Positions 46,421-55,560 of a DNA stretch of 64,000 nucleotides are shown one piece after another (within the stretch, counting starts at the first letter, position 1; every line of letters starts with the position of its first letter). The translations under genes and the position numbers were made by a program. The stretch is from a virus. The stretch is taken from IMG/VR virus record IMGVR_UViG_3300043395_002542, positions 5,162 through 69,161 of that record. The stretch is one strand, 5' to 3'. The notes under the pieces are model-generated. The model did not search any database, was not told the DNA's origin, and saw nothing but the letters and a program-made list of their open reading frames with translations.

Positions 46421-48589
46421 GTGGCTGTTGCCCATAGTGCTGCCTCCGAGTCCCACACAGGGACGACAGGCTCAGCAAACCAGGCGGCGTTCAGCTGGAC
46501 GCACACGCAGACGGGCACGCCGCAAGGCGTGGTGGTTTTTGTATCAACGTATAACAGTACCGCAGATCTAATCACTAGCGTTACCTATGGCGGCGTTGCA
46601 TTAACACGCCTTACAGGTGGCTTGGCGATTGATAGCGCCACCGAGCCCGGCAGGCTCGACACGTTCTTCCTCGGCAGTGGCTTAGGCACCGGCAACCAGA
46701 CCATCACGGTCAACCGCACGAACAATGCGACGGTGATGTACGCGGCGGCGGCCACTGTCACCGCTGGTGCCAATACTGCTGTCCCCACCGCGACCATTGT
46801 CCTACTGGAGGGCGATGGCACGCTGACGGTTCAAAGCGTTAATGACACGTCGCCCGGCGTCAACAGCCTTCGCTACGCCGGTTGCTACTCGGGTCTGAAC
46901 GCACCGCCGGCTGCTGGCACGGGCAGCACGCTGCTCAACAGCATCGACATCGGCAACTACGGTTCTGCGCTGGTGCGCGAAACCACTGCCGGCCAAGGCG
47001 CCCGCAACGTTGGCTTCAGTGGCACCTCCGATGACCGTGCAGCGGTGCATCTGGCCATCCGCGAGCTGGTGCCGCGTACGGAGACGCCGATCGTTGGCGC
47101 CTTCGCGCTGACGGGTAACGACGCCACGCTGACGGTCGCCAGTCCGAAGGTCATTGAGCCTGTCGTCGGCACTTTTGCGCTGGCCGGCAATGCTGCGGAT
47201 CTACGCCACAACCCGGCTATCGAGGCTGGGGTTGGCGCCTTCACGCTGACGGGCAACCCGGCCGACGCTCGTCACAACGTACGGCTTGAGGGCAGTACTG
47301 GTGCCTTCAGCCTCATCGGCAACGACGCCACGCTCAGCAAGGCCGCTGCGCCGAAGATCCTCACCACCGAGGTCGGCACGTTTGCGCTGAACGGTGGATC
47401 ACCGGCGCTGAGCGTTGGCCATCACCTTGATGCCGCCCCCGGGCTGTTCACCCTGACCGGCAACCCAGCCGGCCTGGCTGACACCGACAATCTGGCGGCC
47501 GAAACCGGCACGTTCACGCTGGCCAGCAACGGCGCCACCCTGCGCCGGAACTATGCGCTCACGGCTGAAGCGGGTGCGTTCACCGCCGCTGGCCAGCCAG
47601 CAACCCTGCGGCACAACACCCGGATCGAAGCCGCCACCGGCTCGTTCGCACTGACGGGTGGCAGCCCTGCCCTGCTGCGCGGTTACTACCTGAGCGGTGG
47701 TGCCGGGACGTTCATTGAGACCGGCCAGCCTGCCACGTTCCGCCGCACCTGGGCGATCCAGGGCGGCACCGGCAGCTTTGCACTGACCGGCAACCCGGCC
47801 GGACTGACTGAGCTGGGCGCCTATGAGATCGACGCGATTGTTGGATCGTTCTCGCTCACGGGCAATGCAGCAACTCTGGCCCGAAGCCGGAGCTTTGCTG
47901 TTGACGCGGGTTCGTTCAGCCTGGCGGGCAATCCTGTCGGACTCGCGGAAAACGATCGCCTCGAAGTTGCAACGGGAGTCTTTGCGCTTGACGGCAAGCA
48001 AGCAGCACTGCGACGGAATTATGTAATTACTGCAGATCGAGGAGAGTTTTCTCTTTCTGGTGGCTCCGCGACGCTTTCGCATAAGCAAAGTCTTTCGGTA
48101 GGATCGGGCTCTTTCAATTTAGACGGTAATAATGCAACTCTAGCAAAGCAATATCGAATTGAATGCGGTGCAGGCAGTTTTTCTCTCATTGGAAATTCTG
48201 CAACACTTCAGAAGGTTTCAGCGAGTCAACTGCTTGCGCAGACTGGATCTTTTTCGCTAACAGGGAATAACACTTCTCTGCGGATAGTTCATGTCCTAAG
48301 CGCAGAGCGTGGCTTATTTGCATTTGCCGGTCAAGCAGCGTCTTTATTACAAAACAAAAAAGTTGCCGCAGAAACTGGCAGTTTTGCCCTCACTGGAAAT
48401 CCTGCAACTTTAGGGCAGTCAGCTGGAGCAACACTTAATGCAGAGGTCGGTTCTTTCACGCTTACCGGAAATCCCATCTTCTTTGAAGGCATCATAAATT
48501 TATCGCCACAAGTTGGTACTTATGTGCTGAGCGGGAAAACCGTTCAGTTTGATCATCAGCAACGCAGAAGAGTTGTCATCATTTTTTAA
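46421..48589 (+). CDS. Repeat-containing virion protein
   Basis: About 20 repeats of ~25 aa with core GxFxLTGNxATL. Confidence 0.75.
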   Translation: MAVAHSAASESHTGTTGSANQAAFSWTHTQTGTPQGVVVFVSTYNSTADLITSVTYGGVALTRLTGGLAIDSATEPGRLDTFFLGSGLGTGNQTITVNRTNNATVMYAAAATVTAGANTAVPTATIVLLEGDGTLTVQSVNDTSPGVNSLRYAGCYSGLNAPPAAGTGSTLLNSIDIGNYGSALVRETTAGQGARNVGFSGTSDDRAAVHLAIRELVPRTETPIVGAFALTGNDATLTVASPKVIEPVVGTFALAGNAADLRHNPAIEAGVGAFTLTGNPADARHNVRLEGSTGAFSLIGNDATLSKAAAPKILTTEVGTFALNGGSPALSVGHHLDAAPGLFTLTGNPAGLADTDNLAAETGTFTLASNGATLRRNYALTAEAGAFTAAGQPATLRHNTRIEAATGSFALTGGSPALLRGYYLSGGAGTFIETGQPATFRRTWAIQGGTGSFALTGNPAGLTELGAYEIDAIVGSFSLTGNAATLARSRSFAVDAGSFSLAGNPVGLAENDRLEVATGVFALDGKQAALRRNYVITADRGEFSLSGGSATLSHKQSLSVGSGSFNLDGNNATLAKQYRIECGAGSFSLIGNSATLQKVSASQLLAQTGSFSLTGNNTSLRIVHVLSAERGLFAFAGQAASLLQNKKVAAETGSFALTGNPATLGQSAGATLNAEVGSFTLTGNPIFFEGIINLSPQVGTYVLSGKTVQFDHQQRRRVVIIF

Positions 48590-48632
48590 TCCGCCCACGG
48601 CTACTCTGTTTCAGTAGCTCGATCACCGGTCC

Positions 48633-48899
48633 ATGCCTGGCAGCGATGATGTCTCGCATGGAGACATTTACCACAAGCTCGGAAGCCTTGAGGGCAAGCT
48701 TGAAACCGTACTAATTCAACTTGGCGAAAAGCGCAGCGATCTCTCTATTCTCTTTTCTCGTATCAGAGAAATAGAAGGGCGCGTTGGTATAGGAATCGGT
48801 ATCGCAATTGCTTTTAGTTTTGCAATGCCATTTTTAATTCAAGCCATGAATCCAAAAGTTCACTTTGAGCATTCGCAGCCCGCTCAAGTAAAACAATAA
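48633..48899 (+). CDS. Coiled-coil + single TM protein (holin/antiholin-like)
   Basis: C-terminal GIGIGIAIAFSFAMPFLI. Confidence 0.55.
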   Translation: MPGSDDVSHGDIYHKLGSLEGKLETVLIQLGEKRSDLSILFSRIREIEGRVGIGIGIAIAFSFAMPFLIQAMNPKVHFEHSQPAQVKQ

Positions 48900-48951
48900 A
48901 ACTTTGCTTGGCTTTTGTGGCTAGCATCCAAGTACAGCAGTACGCAGTCCC

Positions 48952-49281
48952 ATGCCTGGCTCCTTTCTGATCGGGCGCACCTCGACGGGAACGACGATTC
49001 CCGTAAAGGTCAACGCCAGTGGTGAGCTTGTAACTGATATTGGAACTGCAACTCTTAATGTCACAGCCGATGGCGTTGAAATCAAGAATGACGCCGGCAA
49101 CCCGATTCCCACGATCGAGGGCCTGAGCATCCCCACGCACGACTACATCAGTTGCACTTATACGGGCAGCAACTTGACTGGTGTTGTGTACAAAACAGGC
49201 GGATCCAGTGGTACAACTGTTGCAACGTTGACCCTGACCTACGACGGCAGCAACAACCTGACCTCCGTCACCAAGAGCTGA
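48952..49281 (+). CDS. Virion-associated hypothetical protein
   Basis: VYKTGGSSGTTVATLTLTYD motif. Confidence 0.65.
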   Translation: MPGSFLIGRTSTGTTIPVKVNASGELVTDIGTATLNVTADGVEIKNDAGNPIPTIEGLSIPTHDYISCTYTGSNLTGVVYKTGGSSGTTVATLTLTYDGSNNLTSVTKS

Positions 49282-49284
49282 GCC

Positions 49285-49995
49285 ATGGGATACAAGTTCA
49301 ACCCACTGACTGGCAACCTTGACGAGGTTGGCTCGGGCGGCGCCCCTGGCGGCTCCACCACGCAGATCCAGTTCAATGATGGAGGCAGCTTCGGCGGTGA
49401 TGCCGACCTGACCTACAACAAGACCACCAACAAGCTGACCACCGGCGGCGATGTTGAGCTGAACGACGGCGGCACTTACACCACCACGCTGCAGACCGTC
49501 ACCCCAACGGCCAACCGCACCATCAGCTTCCCCGATGCAACGGGAACGGTTGGTTTAGTTGCTGGGTCTAGTGGGCAGTTCATCTACAACAATGCTGGCG
49601 CTCTCGGTGGCACAACGGGGCTGACTTGGGATTCCACGAACGGCACACGCTTTACCAATCCCTTTGGCTACGGCACTGGCGCTGGTGGCACCGTCACTCA
49701 AGCCACCAACAAGTCCACAGGCGTGACGCTGAACACTCGCTGCGGGCAGATTACGCTGAACAATGCAGTTCTGGCAGCCGACACCACTGTCTCCTTTGTT
49801 CTCACCAACAGCGCCATTGCCGCAGGTGATGTGCTGATCCTTAACCACATCAGCGGAGGCACGGCAGGCTCGTACCTGCTCAACGCTCGATCCGCAGCAG
49901 GGTCCGCAACGATTGATGTCCGCAACATCACAGCGGGCAGCCTTAGTGAAGCGATCGTAATCGCCTTCGCTGTCATCAAAGCCACTACTGCCTGA
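49285..49995 (+). CDS. Tail fibre-like protein
   Basis: YKFNPLTG, IQFNDGG.FGG, VTQATNKSTGVTLN motifs. Confidence 0.7.
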   Translation: MGYKFNPLTGNLDEVGSGGAPGGSTTQIQFNDGGSFGGDADLTYNKTTNKLTTGGDVELNDGGTYTTTLQTVTPTANRTISFPDATGTVGLVAGSSGQFIYNNAGALGGTTGLTWDSTNGTRFTNPFGYGTGAGGTVTQATNKSTGVTLNTRCGQITLNNAVLAADTTVSFVLTNSAIAAGDVLILNHISGGTAGSYLLNARSAAGSATIDVRNITAGSLSEAIVIAFAVIKATTA

Positions 49996-50006
49996 GGAGG
50001 TTAATC

Positions 50007-50252
50007 ATGGCTCAATTCACTCTTGAGATTCCCGACGAGCTGCTGCCTGCTCTGGCAGCTGAGTTCAGCATCGTTTCTGCGGCTGGTGGCACTGATGCCA
50101 CAACGGCTGAGGAATATTTCGCTGCCAGCGTGGTCGAGACCGTGCGCCAACGTGCTGAGATCTACAAGGTCGGCCCGTACTACACCGGCCCCATCCCGCC
50201 ACAGTTCAACGCTGATGGCACACCGTATGTAACATTGGACGTAACAGAATGA
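50007..50252 (+). CDS. Hypothetical protein
   Basis: GAGGAGG RBS, 81 aa. Confidence 0.65.
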   Translation: MAQFTLEIPDELLPALAAEFSIVSAAGGTDATTAEEYFAASVVETVRQRAEIYKVGPYYTGPIPPQFNADGTPYVTLDVTE

Positions 50253-50323
50253 TTAACACCGACTACAACATCTGTTTTAACCGTTTTGTTTTTACTTTTG
50301 TACTTGAAGGAGGCAGTTGATTC

Positions 50324-50458
50324 GTGACACTTGTAATTAAACCAGGAATAAAACTTGTTTTGATTCCTGACGTTGGACCTGTTGCTTATTGGGCTGATAT
50401 GGGAGTGCAGATGTTTGACTGGGAATCGCTAGCCTATATTGGATGGTGGGGTAATTAA
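50324..50458 (+). CDS. Small Trp-rich protein (44 aa; not in track)
   Basis: GGAGG RBS, GTG start. Confidence 0.45.
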   Translation: MTLVIKPGIKLVLIPDVGPVAYWADMGVQMFDWESLAYIGWWGN

Positions 50459-50464
50459 CTGATC

Positions 50465-50824
50465 ATGGCAGCACCTAATCTCAAGTCACCAATAACAATC
50501 ACTGGCATCACCGTTGGCTATGCCGTGACTACCAGCCTGGCAGCCGCTCTCAGCAACAGTGCTGCCAGTGGCAAAGTGCTTAAGATCAACAGCGTCTACT
50601 GCGCCAACGTGGATGGCGCTGCTGCCGCTGACATCAGCCTGACCTACTACAACGGCACCACAGACTTCTACCTCGCCAAAACCATCGCGGTGCCGGCCGA
50701 TGCAACGCAGGTATTGGTAACCCGCGAGGCGTATATCTACCTCGAAGAGGGCGACAGCCTACGCGCTCAGGCAAGCGCCACCAGCGACCTGGAACTGGTC
50801 ATCAGCTATGAGGAGATCAGCTGA
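50465..50824 (+). CDS. Virion structural protein
   Basis: MAAPN...KINSVYCANVDG...IYLEEGDSL...SYEEIS family. Confidence 0.7.
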   Translation: MAAPNLKSPITITGITVGYAVTTSLAAALSNSAASGKVLKINSVYCANVDGAAAADISLTYYNGTTDFYLAKTIAVPADATQVLVTREAYIYLEEGDSLRAQASATSDLELVISYEEIS

Positions 50825-51585
50825 TGGCCGGGTTGATCGGCGCAGTACGCACATCTCAGCGTGGCGCAGCAGTAGGAATGTGGACGCTAAGCGAGCAGCT
50901 TGAGTATCAACGCTTAGGCACTTGGATTGGTGACGCTGATTACGACAGCGTTAGCCTGCTGCTCCACATGGACGGCAGCAATGGCGGCACAACGTTTACC
51001 GACAGTAGCAAGAACGCAATTTCCGTCACCGCCAACGGCAACGCGCAGATCTCAACTGCCCAGAGCAAGTTTGGCGGCGCCAGTGCGCTGTTTGATGGCA
51101 CAACAGATTATTTAACTGTTGCTTCTTCTGCGTCTTTTGCGCTGTTTGCTGGTAATTTTACGGTTGAATTCTGGGTACGGTTAAACGGAACAACAAATAA
51201 CCAAGCAGTTGTACAGTTGTCATCTAGCGGCACAGAGAGAGCAAATATCTCTATCGTTTCAAATTTGATCGTCCTCTATACCGAAACCGGAGGTAATAAC
51301 GCAACGCGAATTTCAGGCACTGCACCCAGCACAGGCACTTGGCATCACGTAGCTTGGACAAGAGATGGAACGACAAGTCGCCTGTTTCTGAATGGCACAT
51401 CAGTGGGCACGGCAAGCTCCGCGCCATATCCATCTGGCAATATGGCCGTTTCAATAGGCGCAAATGACCGCACCAGCGGCGGCACCTGCGTAGACGGCTA
51501 TATCGACGAACTCCGCATCACCAAAGGCGTCGCCCGCTACACCGCCAATTTTACGGCGCCAAGCAACCCATTCCCTAACTCCTAG
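50824..51585 (+). CDS. LamG/concanavalin-like domain protein (receptor binding)
   Basis: LLLHMDG...FTVEFW...WHHVA...GYIDELRITKGVARY. Confidence 0.85.
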   Translation: MAGLIGAVRTSQRGAAVGMWTLSEQLEYQRLGTWIGDADYDSVSLLLHMDGSNGGTTFTDSSKNAISVTANGNAQISTAQSKFGGASALFDGTTDYLTVASSASFALFAGNFTVEFWVRLNGTTNNQAVVQLSSSGTERANISIVSNLIVLYTETGGNNATRISGTAPSTGTWHHVAWTRDGTTSRLFLNGTSVGTASSAPYPSGNMAVSIGANDRTSGGTCVDGYIDELRITKGVARYTANFTAPSNPFPNS

Positions 51586-51706
51586 ACTTCAACTAATGTT
51601 CCCCTCCTACTAAAAATAAGTTGAACTATCCTAGTCAACGCGTTTGGAGCGGCTATCCCATGACGCACCCACTATCCACTGCCACTACTCGCCTGGAGGT
51701 GCGGTC

Positions 51707-52465
51707 ATGAGCTGGGTTATTACACCGTCCAACCTGCTCGTCGATGACCAAGACGCCTTGACTTACCTGACAGCCGTTGAGGCTGCTGATGGTCAGGCAT
51801 TGGAGTCTGGTGTGCGGTTGGCCGTCAACGCCTTCGTGAAGGGCTGCAAGGCTGATGGTATCTGGCCTGCGATTAAGGCGAGCTGCATCCTTGCGGGCGC
51901 CCGGACGCTGAATGGAGCACTTGTGCCGCTAGTAGGTACTGCACCAACAAACTTCAACTTTGTGAGCGGTGACTACAACCGGGAGACGGGGCTAGCTGGT
52001 AACGCCAGCACAAAATACCTTGGCAGCAACCGGAACAGCGATTCCGACCCGCAAGACAACTGCCACTTAGCTGTGTATGCCAGCACCGGCGGAACAGCTG
52101 CCACGGTTTACATCGGTGGTTCGGTGAACTTCGGCAAAAGAATCGCGGCAGACAGCGCCCGACTTAACTCCGGGACTAATAACTACGCCATCTCACCCAC
52201 AGCCCCTACGCTGGTAGCCGCTAGCCGAAGCACAAGCGTCTCATACTCTGTACGCTATAACGCCCAAAACTTCACGGCAACCAATGCCTCCGTTTCGTCG
52301 GGCACGGCAGCGATGGCTGTATTTGCCACAAACAACAACGGGTCTATTACGGGGCTCACAGACGCCCGCCTTGCCCTCTACTCCATCGGTGAATCCCTAG
52401 ATCTAGCCAAGCTGGACACCCGCGTGACCACGCTGATCAACGCCATCGCGGCGGCTATACCCTGA
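51707..52465 (+). CDS. Tail-associated protein
   Basis: GGAGG RBS; YLTAVEAADGQALE...GCKADGIW..IKASCILAGARTL. Confidence 0.7.
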   Translation: MSWVITPSNLLVDDQDALTYLTAVEAADGQALESGVRLAVNAFVKGCKADGIWPAIKASCILAGARTLNGALVPLVGTAPTNFNFVSGDYNRETGLAGNASTKYLGSNRNSDSDPQDNCHLAVYASTGGTAATVYIGGSVNFGKRIAADSARLNSGTNNYAISPTAPTLVAASRSTSVSYSVRYNAQNFTATNASVSSGTAAMAVFATNNNGSITGLTDARLALYSIGESLDLAKLDTRVTTLINAIAAAIP

Positions 52466-52569
52466 GCCCCACTAGTGTCCCCGTCTAGCGCCGCTGCGGC
52501 TTAGATCAACGCACTACGCGGCCGGCAAGCAAAATATCGTCAGAATGATAGGTAGCCAACAGGATTCAC

Positions 52570-52824
52570 ATGCCCACCTGGCTTTGGCGATCAATCGTAG
52601 GAATATCTGCATCAATAGCACTGGTTTCCGTGATGCAATGGGCATCGTGCAGATTTTTTGTATTGCCCAGAATTTGGCCATGGTATGCGCAATACATAGG
52701 AACAAAAGAGGGCACAAAAATAGATTTGACACCAATTGGCTGCAATGATGTTGATGCAAGAACAATGGCGGCGATGATGGCAGTGCTCACAACCTTGATT
52801 AGCCTGAGCAGGAAAGCGGACTGA
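52570..52824 (+). CDS. Putative holin/membrane protein
   Basis: Two hydrophobic segments; two genes upstream of endolysin. Confidence 0.5.
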   Translation: MPTWLWRSIVGISASIALVSVMQWASCRFFVLPRIWPWYAQYIGTKEGTKIDLTPIGCNDVDARTMAAMMAVLTTLISLSRKAD

Positions 52825-52826
52825 TC

Positions 52827-53087
52827 ATGCGCCCGATTTTTCTTTACCTCGCCAAATTCTTTCTTCGCCTCGCAGTAGACAAAGCCCTAGAAAAAACACT
52901 GCCGAAGATCTACGACCAACTTGACAAGGATCTGCCCCAGCTCCTCTACAACAACGCGCCAAAAGAAATTGTGGCCTTTGAAATCTCAAAGGTCATTGCG
53001 CAAAATGTAAAAACTGCTAAGTACAAGCCGATTGTCGATATTGTTACGATGCTGTATGACCCCGCTCAAGCGAGTCGGAGCAAGTAA
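52827..53087 (+). CDS. Hypothetical lysis-cassette protein
   Basis: 86 aa ORF abutting endolysin. Confidence 0.6.
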   Translation: MRPIFLYLAKFFLRLAVDKALEKTLPKIYDQLDKDLPQLLYNNAPKEIVAFEISKVIAQNVKTAKYKPIVDIVTMLYDPAQASRSK

Positions 53088-53089
53088 AA

Positions 53090-54169
53090 ATGAGTGACTT
53101 CCTGACTGCTGCTCGCTGGACCGACAAAAAGCATCCAGAGCCTCATCAGATCGCCGCCTGGAACTTTGCCTGGGGCATCCTGAATAAAGAGCAGCAGCAG
53201 GAATTCCTTGAAATTTTCCGTTCCGCCCCTGCCGTTTCTCAGCCTCTCAATTTCGAGAACTCTTGGGATGGCGTAGTTGCTGCAGCAAAGAATTCAGGCG
53301 CAAAGTTTCCCGAATGCGTTGCTGCGCAATGGGCGCTAGAGAGCGGCTGGGGCAAACATACAAGCGGCAAAAACAACTATTTTGGTATCAAGGGGCCGGG
53401 CTCTAGTGTTAAAACGCAAGAAGTCGTCAATGGGAAAACAATCACAATTACAGACGAGTTTCTTGATTTCAGAAGCTTAGGCGAATGTGTCGAATACCTA
53501 GTTGATCGTTGGTATCGCGACTGGAAAGAATACAAGGGCGTCAATAACACAAATTCGCGAGAGGAGTGCGCTCGCTCACTTGTAAAGCAAGGCTATGCAA
53601 CTGATCCTGCATACGCAGAAAAGCTGATCAAGATCATGAGCGAAAAAGCTCCAGCAGTTAAGCCGGCAATGGCGCAAGCAAAAAATCCATTTCTTTATCT
53701 CACTCGCACGCACAAAACAAATGCCAATGGCCTTGAGCTGTTGAAGCTGCAGTATTTCAAAGAGGGGCGCTCGATCGACTCGATCAACGTCGTCTCCGGG
53801 GCGCCGGGCGCACAGCAGTTCAGGGTTGGCTCCCGCAGTCGCTCGGGCAGCCTTGAGCCCCTCCCAGAGGGCCGGTGGGGCGTTGAGGATGTGCAGTGGC
53901 AAGCCGGGAAGGACAACTACTCCGGCAACTGGGGGCCGGGCCTGGGGCCTGTCAGCACGCCTCTGCGGTATCTGGGGCCTGGGACCACGGAGCGCAGCGC
54001 GATCGAGATTCACATTGATTCCAACGCCCGCACGTCTCCTGGCACGGCTGGCTGCATTGGAATTGCGAATGAAGCGGACTATCGCAAGTTCGTTGGGTGG
54101 TTGCGTGATACAGATCCACGCGATCTTTTTGTTGATTACTCTCTCGGTACTTGTCCTACGCCGAAGTAG
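53090..54169 (+). CDS. Endolysin: GH73 glucosaminidase + L,D-transpeptidase-fold domain
   Basis: AQWALESGWG..NNYFGIK..GYATDPAY; C-terminal IH.......GTAGCI. Confidence 0.85.
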   Translation: MSDFLTAARWTDKKHPEPHQIAAWNFAWGILNKEQQQEFLEIFRSAPAVSQPLNFENSWDGVVAAAKNSGAKFPECVAAQWALESGWGKHTSGKNNYFGIKGPGSSVKTQEVVNGKTITITDEFLDFRSLGECVEYLVDRWYRDWKEYKGVNNTNSREECARSLVKQGYATDPAYAEKLIKIMSEKAPAVKPAMAQAKNPFLYLTRTHKTNANGLELLKLQYFKEGRSIDSINVVSGAPGAQQFRVGSRSRSGSLEPLPEGRWGVEDVQWQAGKDNYSGNWGPGLGPVSTPLRYLGPGTTERSAIEIHIDSNARTSPGTAGCIGIANEADYRKFVGWLRDTDPRDLFVDYSLGTCPTPK

Positions 54170-55057
54170 TCAGAGGTTGAGTTTGTTTTTAACTGAAAGA
54201 AGCAGGGCGCACTTTTGTATGCCCTTTCTTTCCAGTGCCTGCAATTTCCCCTTTGATAGTCCAGTCGTCTGCGACAGTTCAAGCCATGATGTTGGCTTTT
54301 CTCTGTGTCGCTCAAGAATGATATATCTTGTTTGCTCGTCAACAAATTCATCAAGTGCGTGATAAAGCGCTTCAATGTTAATCCTTTCCTCTGCATCATC
54401 AATTGTATTCGAGTTGCGCGGATCTGCGACTACATCAATGATTGCGCTTGAATCATCATTGTCAGTGCATTTTCTATCAAGACTGAAGGCGTTTCTGGGC
54501 GCATCAAGAAGTTTTCTGATGTCTTCTAAATCAATGCCAATTTCGTCTGATATTTCTTGAAGCGACGGTTCGCGCCCGAGTGATTGAGCAAGCCTTTCCC
54601 CCGCCCTCCTGATTTGATGCAGGGCGTCGTAGGTGCCGATCGGGAGCCTGATCGTTGAGTCTGTCGCCTGCATCGCCCTCTGGATTGCCTGTCTGATCCA
54701 CCAGTAGGCGTAGGTGCTCATGGCATAGCCACGAGTTGGATCGAACTTCTCGACAGCTCGCGCCAAACCGATATTCCCCTCTTGAATCAAATCCATGAAA
54801 TCAAGAGTTTTTGCAAGTCTTGTGTATTTACGTGCGATCGTAACCACAAGGCGAAGATTGCAGTTAATAAATTTTGCTCTCGCCCTGATTCCTATTTTTT
54901 CTATTCGCAGTTCTTCTTCAGAGTATTCAGAGCGATCTTTTTCCTGTATTGCAATCCACGCCTGTATCTGCGTCCCAAGCATGACCTCCTGCGTTTTCGT
55001 CAGCAGGGGGTAGCGCCCGATCTCATTGAGGTAAGCCTGGATCGTGTCGCTCGCCAT
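54170..55057 (-). CDS. RpoD/SigA-family RNA polymerase sigma factor
   Basis: YLNEIGRYPLL, NLRLVV.IARKY, DLIQEGNIGL.RAVEKFDP.RGY..STYAYWWIRQAI; start at MASDTIQ. Confidence 0.93.
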   Translation of the reverse strand: MASDTIQAYLNEIGRYPLLTKTQEVMLGTQIQAWIAIQEKDRSEYSEEELRIEKIGIRARAKFINCNLRLVVTIARKYTRLAKTLDFMDLIQEGNIGLARAVEKFDPTRGYAMSTYAYWWIRQAIQRAMQATDSTIRLPIGTYDALHQIRRAGERLAQSLGREPSLQEISDEIGIDLEDIRKLLDAPRNAFSLDRKCTDNDDSSAIIDVVADPRNSNTIDDAEERINIEALYHALDEFVDEQTRYIILERHREKPTSWLELSQTTGLSKGKLQALERKGIQKCALLLSVKNKLNL

Positions 55058-55217
55058 TTTGCGCTTGGGAACCTGTAGCAGCTTGCATGTAGTGCAGTTT
55101 CCAGAGAGCCTGCCACTCTTGCGCATGATCCCACACCATGCCCAATCCGTAAACGCGCCATTTCCACTGATTTTCTTCGCATGGCGCTTGAAGCCATGGC
55201 TCGTTACGCTCAGTCAT
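55023..55217 (-). CDS. Small hypothetical protein
   Basis: WRVYGLGM...HAQEWQA. Confidence 0.55.
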   Translation of the reverse strand: MTERNEPWLQAPCEENQWKWRVYGLGMVWDHAQEWQALWKLHYMQAATGSQAQNGERHDPGLPQ

Positions 55218-55232
55218 AACTACTGTGTTTCG

Positions 55233-55499
55233 ATGTCTCATTTAACGTATCGCCCGGAGGATCAGTTTCAGGAGAGACTCAATGCAGAACGCCTTAAGGA
55301 ACTGTTCACGAAGCATGATCATCAGGGTTTACTTGACTTTGCGTTACTGTTAAACCATCAAGCGTCTTTCAATAACAGCAGGGCGTACTGGGCAATTTGC
55401 GAAGCAGCAAAGAATATGAGCGAAGAATTCAGCCTTGACAAGTACATGTCAATGGCGTCTGATGTACTAAAAGATGAAAATACCCGAGGCGGGATTTGA
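55233..55499 (+). CDS. Hypothetical protein
   Basis: MSHLTYRPEDQF...WAICEAAKN; isolated plus-strand gene. Confidence 0.6.
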   Translation: MSHLTYRPEDQFQERLNAERLKELFTKHDHQGLLDFALLLNHQASFNNSRAYWAICEAAKNMSEEFSLDKYMSMASDVLKDENTRGGI

Positions 55500-55554
55500 A
55501 CCCGCGCTTGAGCGATTTTAAGTCGCTTGCCTCGTTCCGCTGGGCTACTCGGGC
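55481..55554 (-). tRNA. trnL: tRNA-Leu(UAA), short variable loop, no encoded CCA
   Basis: GCCCGAG/CTCGGGT acceptor, AGCGA-CTTAAAA-TCGCT anticodon arm, GCGGG-TTCAAAT-CCCGC T arm. Confidence 0.85.
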
Positions 55555-55560
55555 TTGTGA

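Noticed and set aside
38187-52465. Diversity-generating retroelement or invertible fibre cassette
   Set aside because: No reverse transcriptase, invertase or TR/VR nucleotide repeat pair noticed
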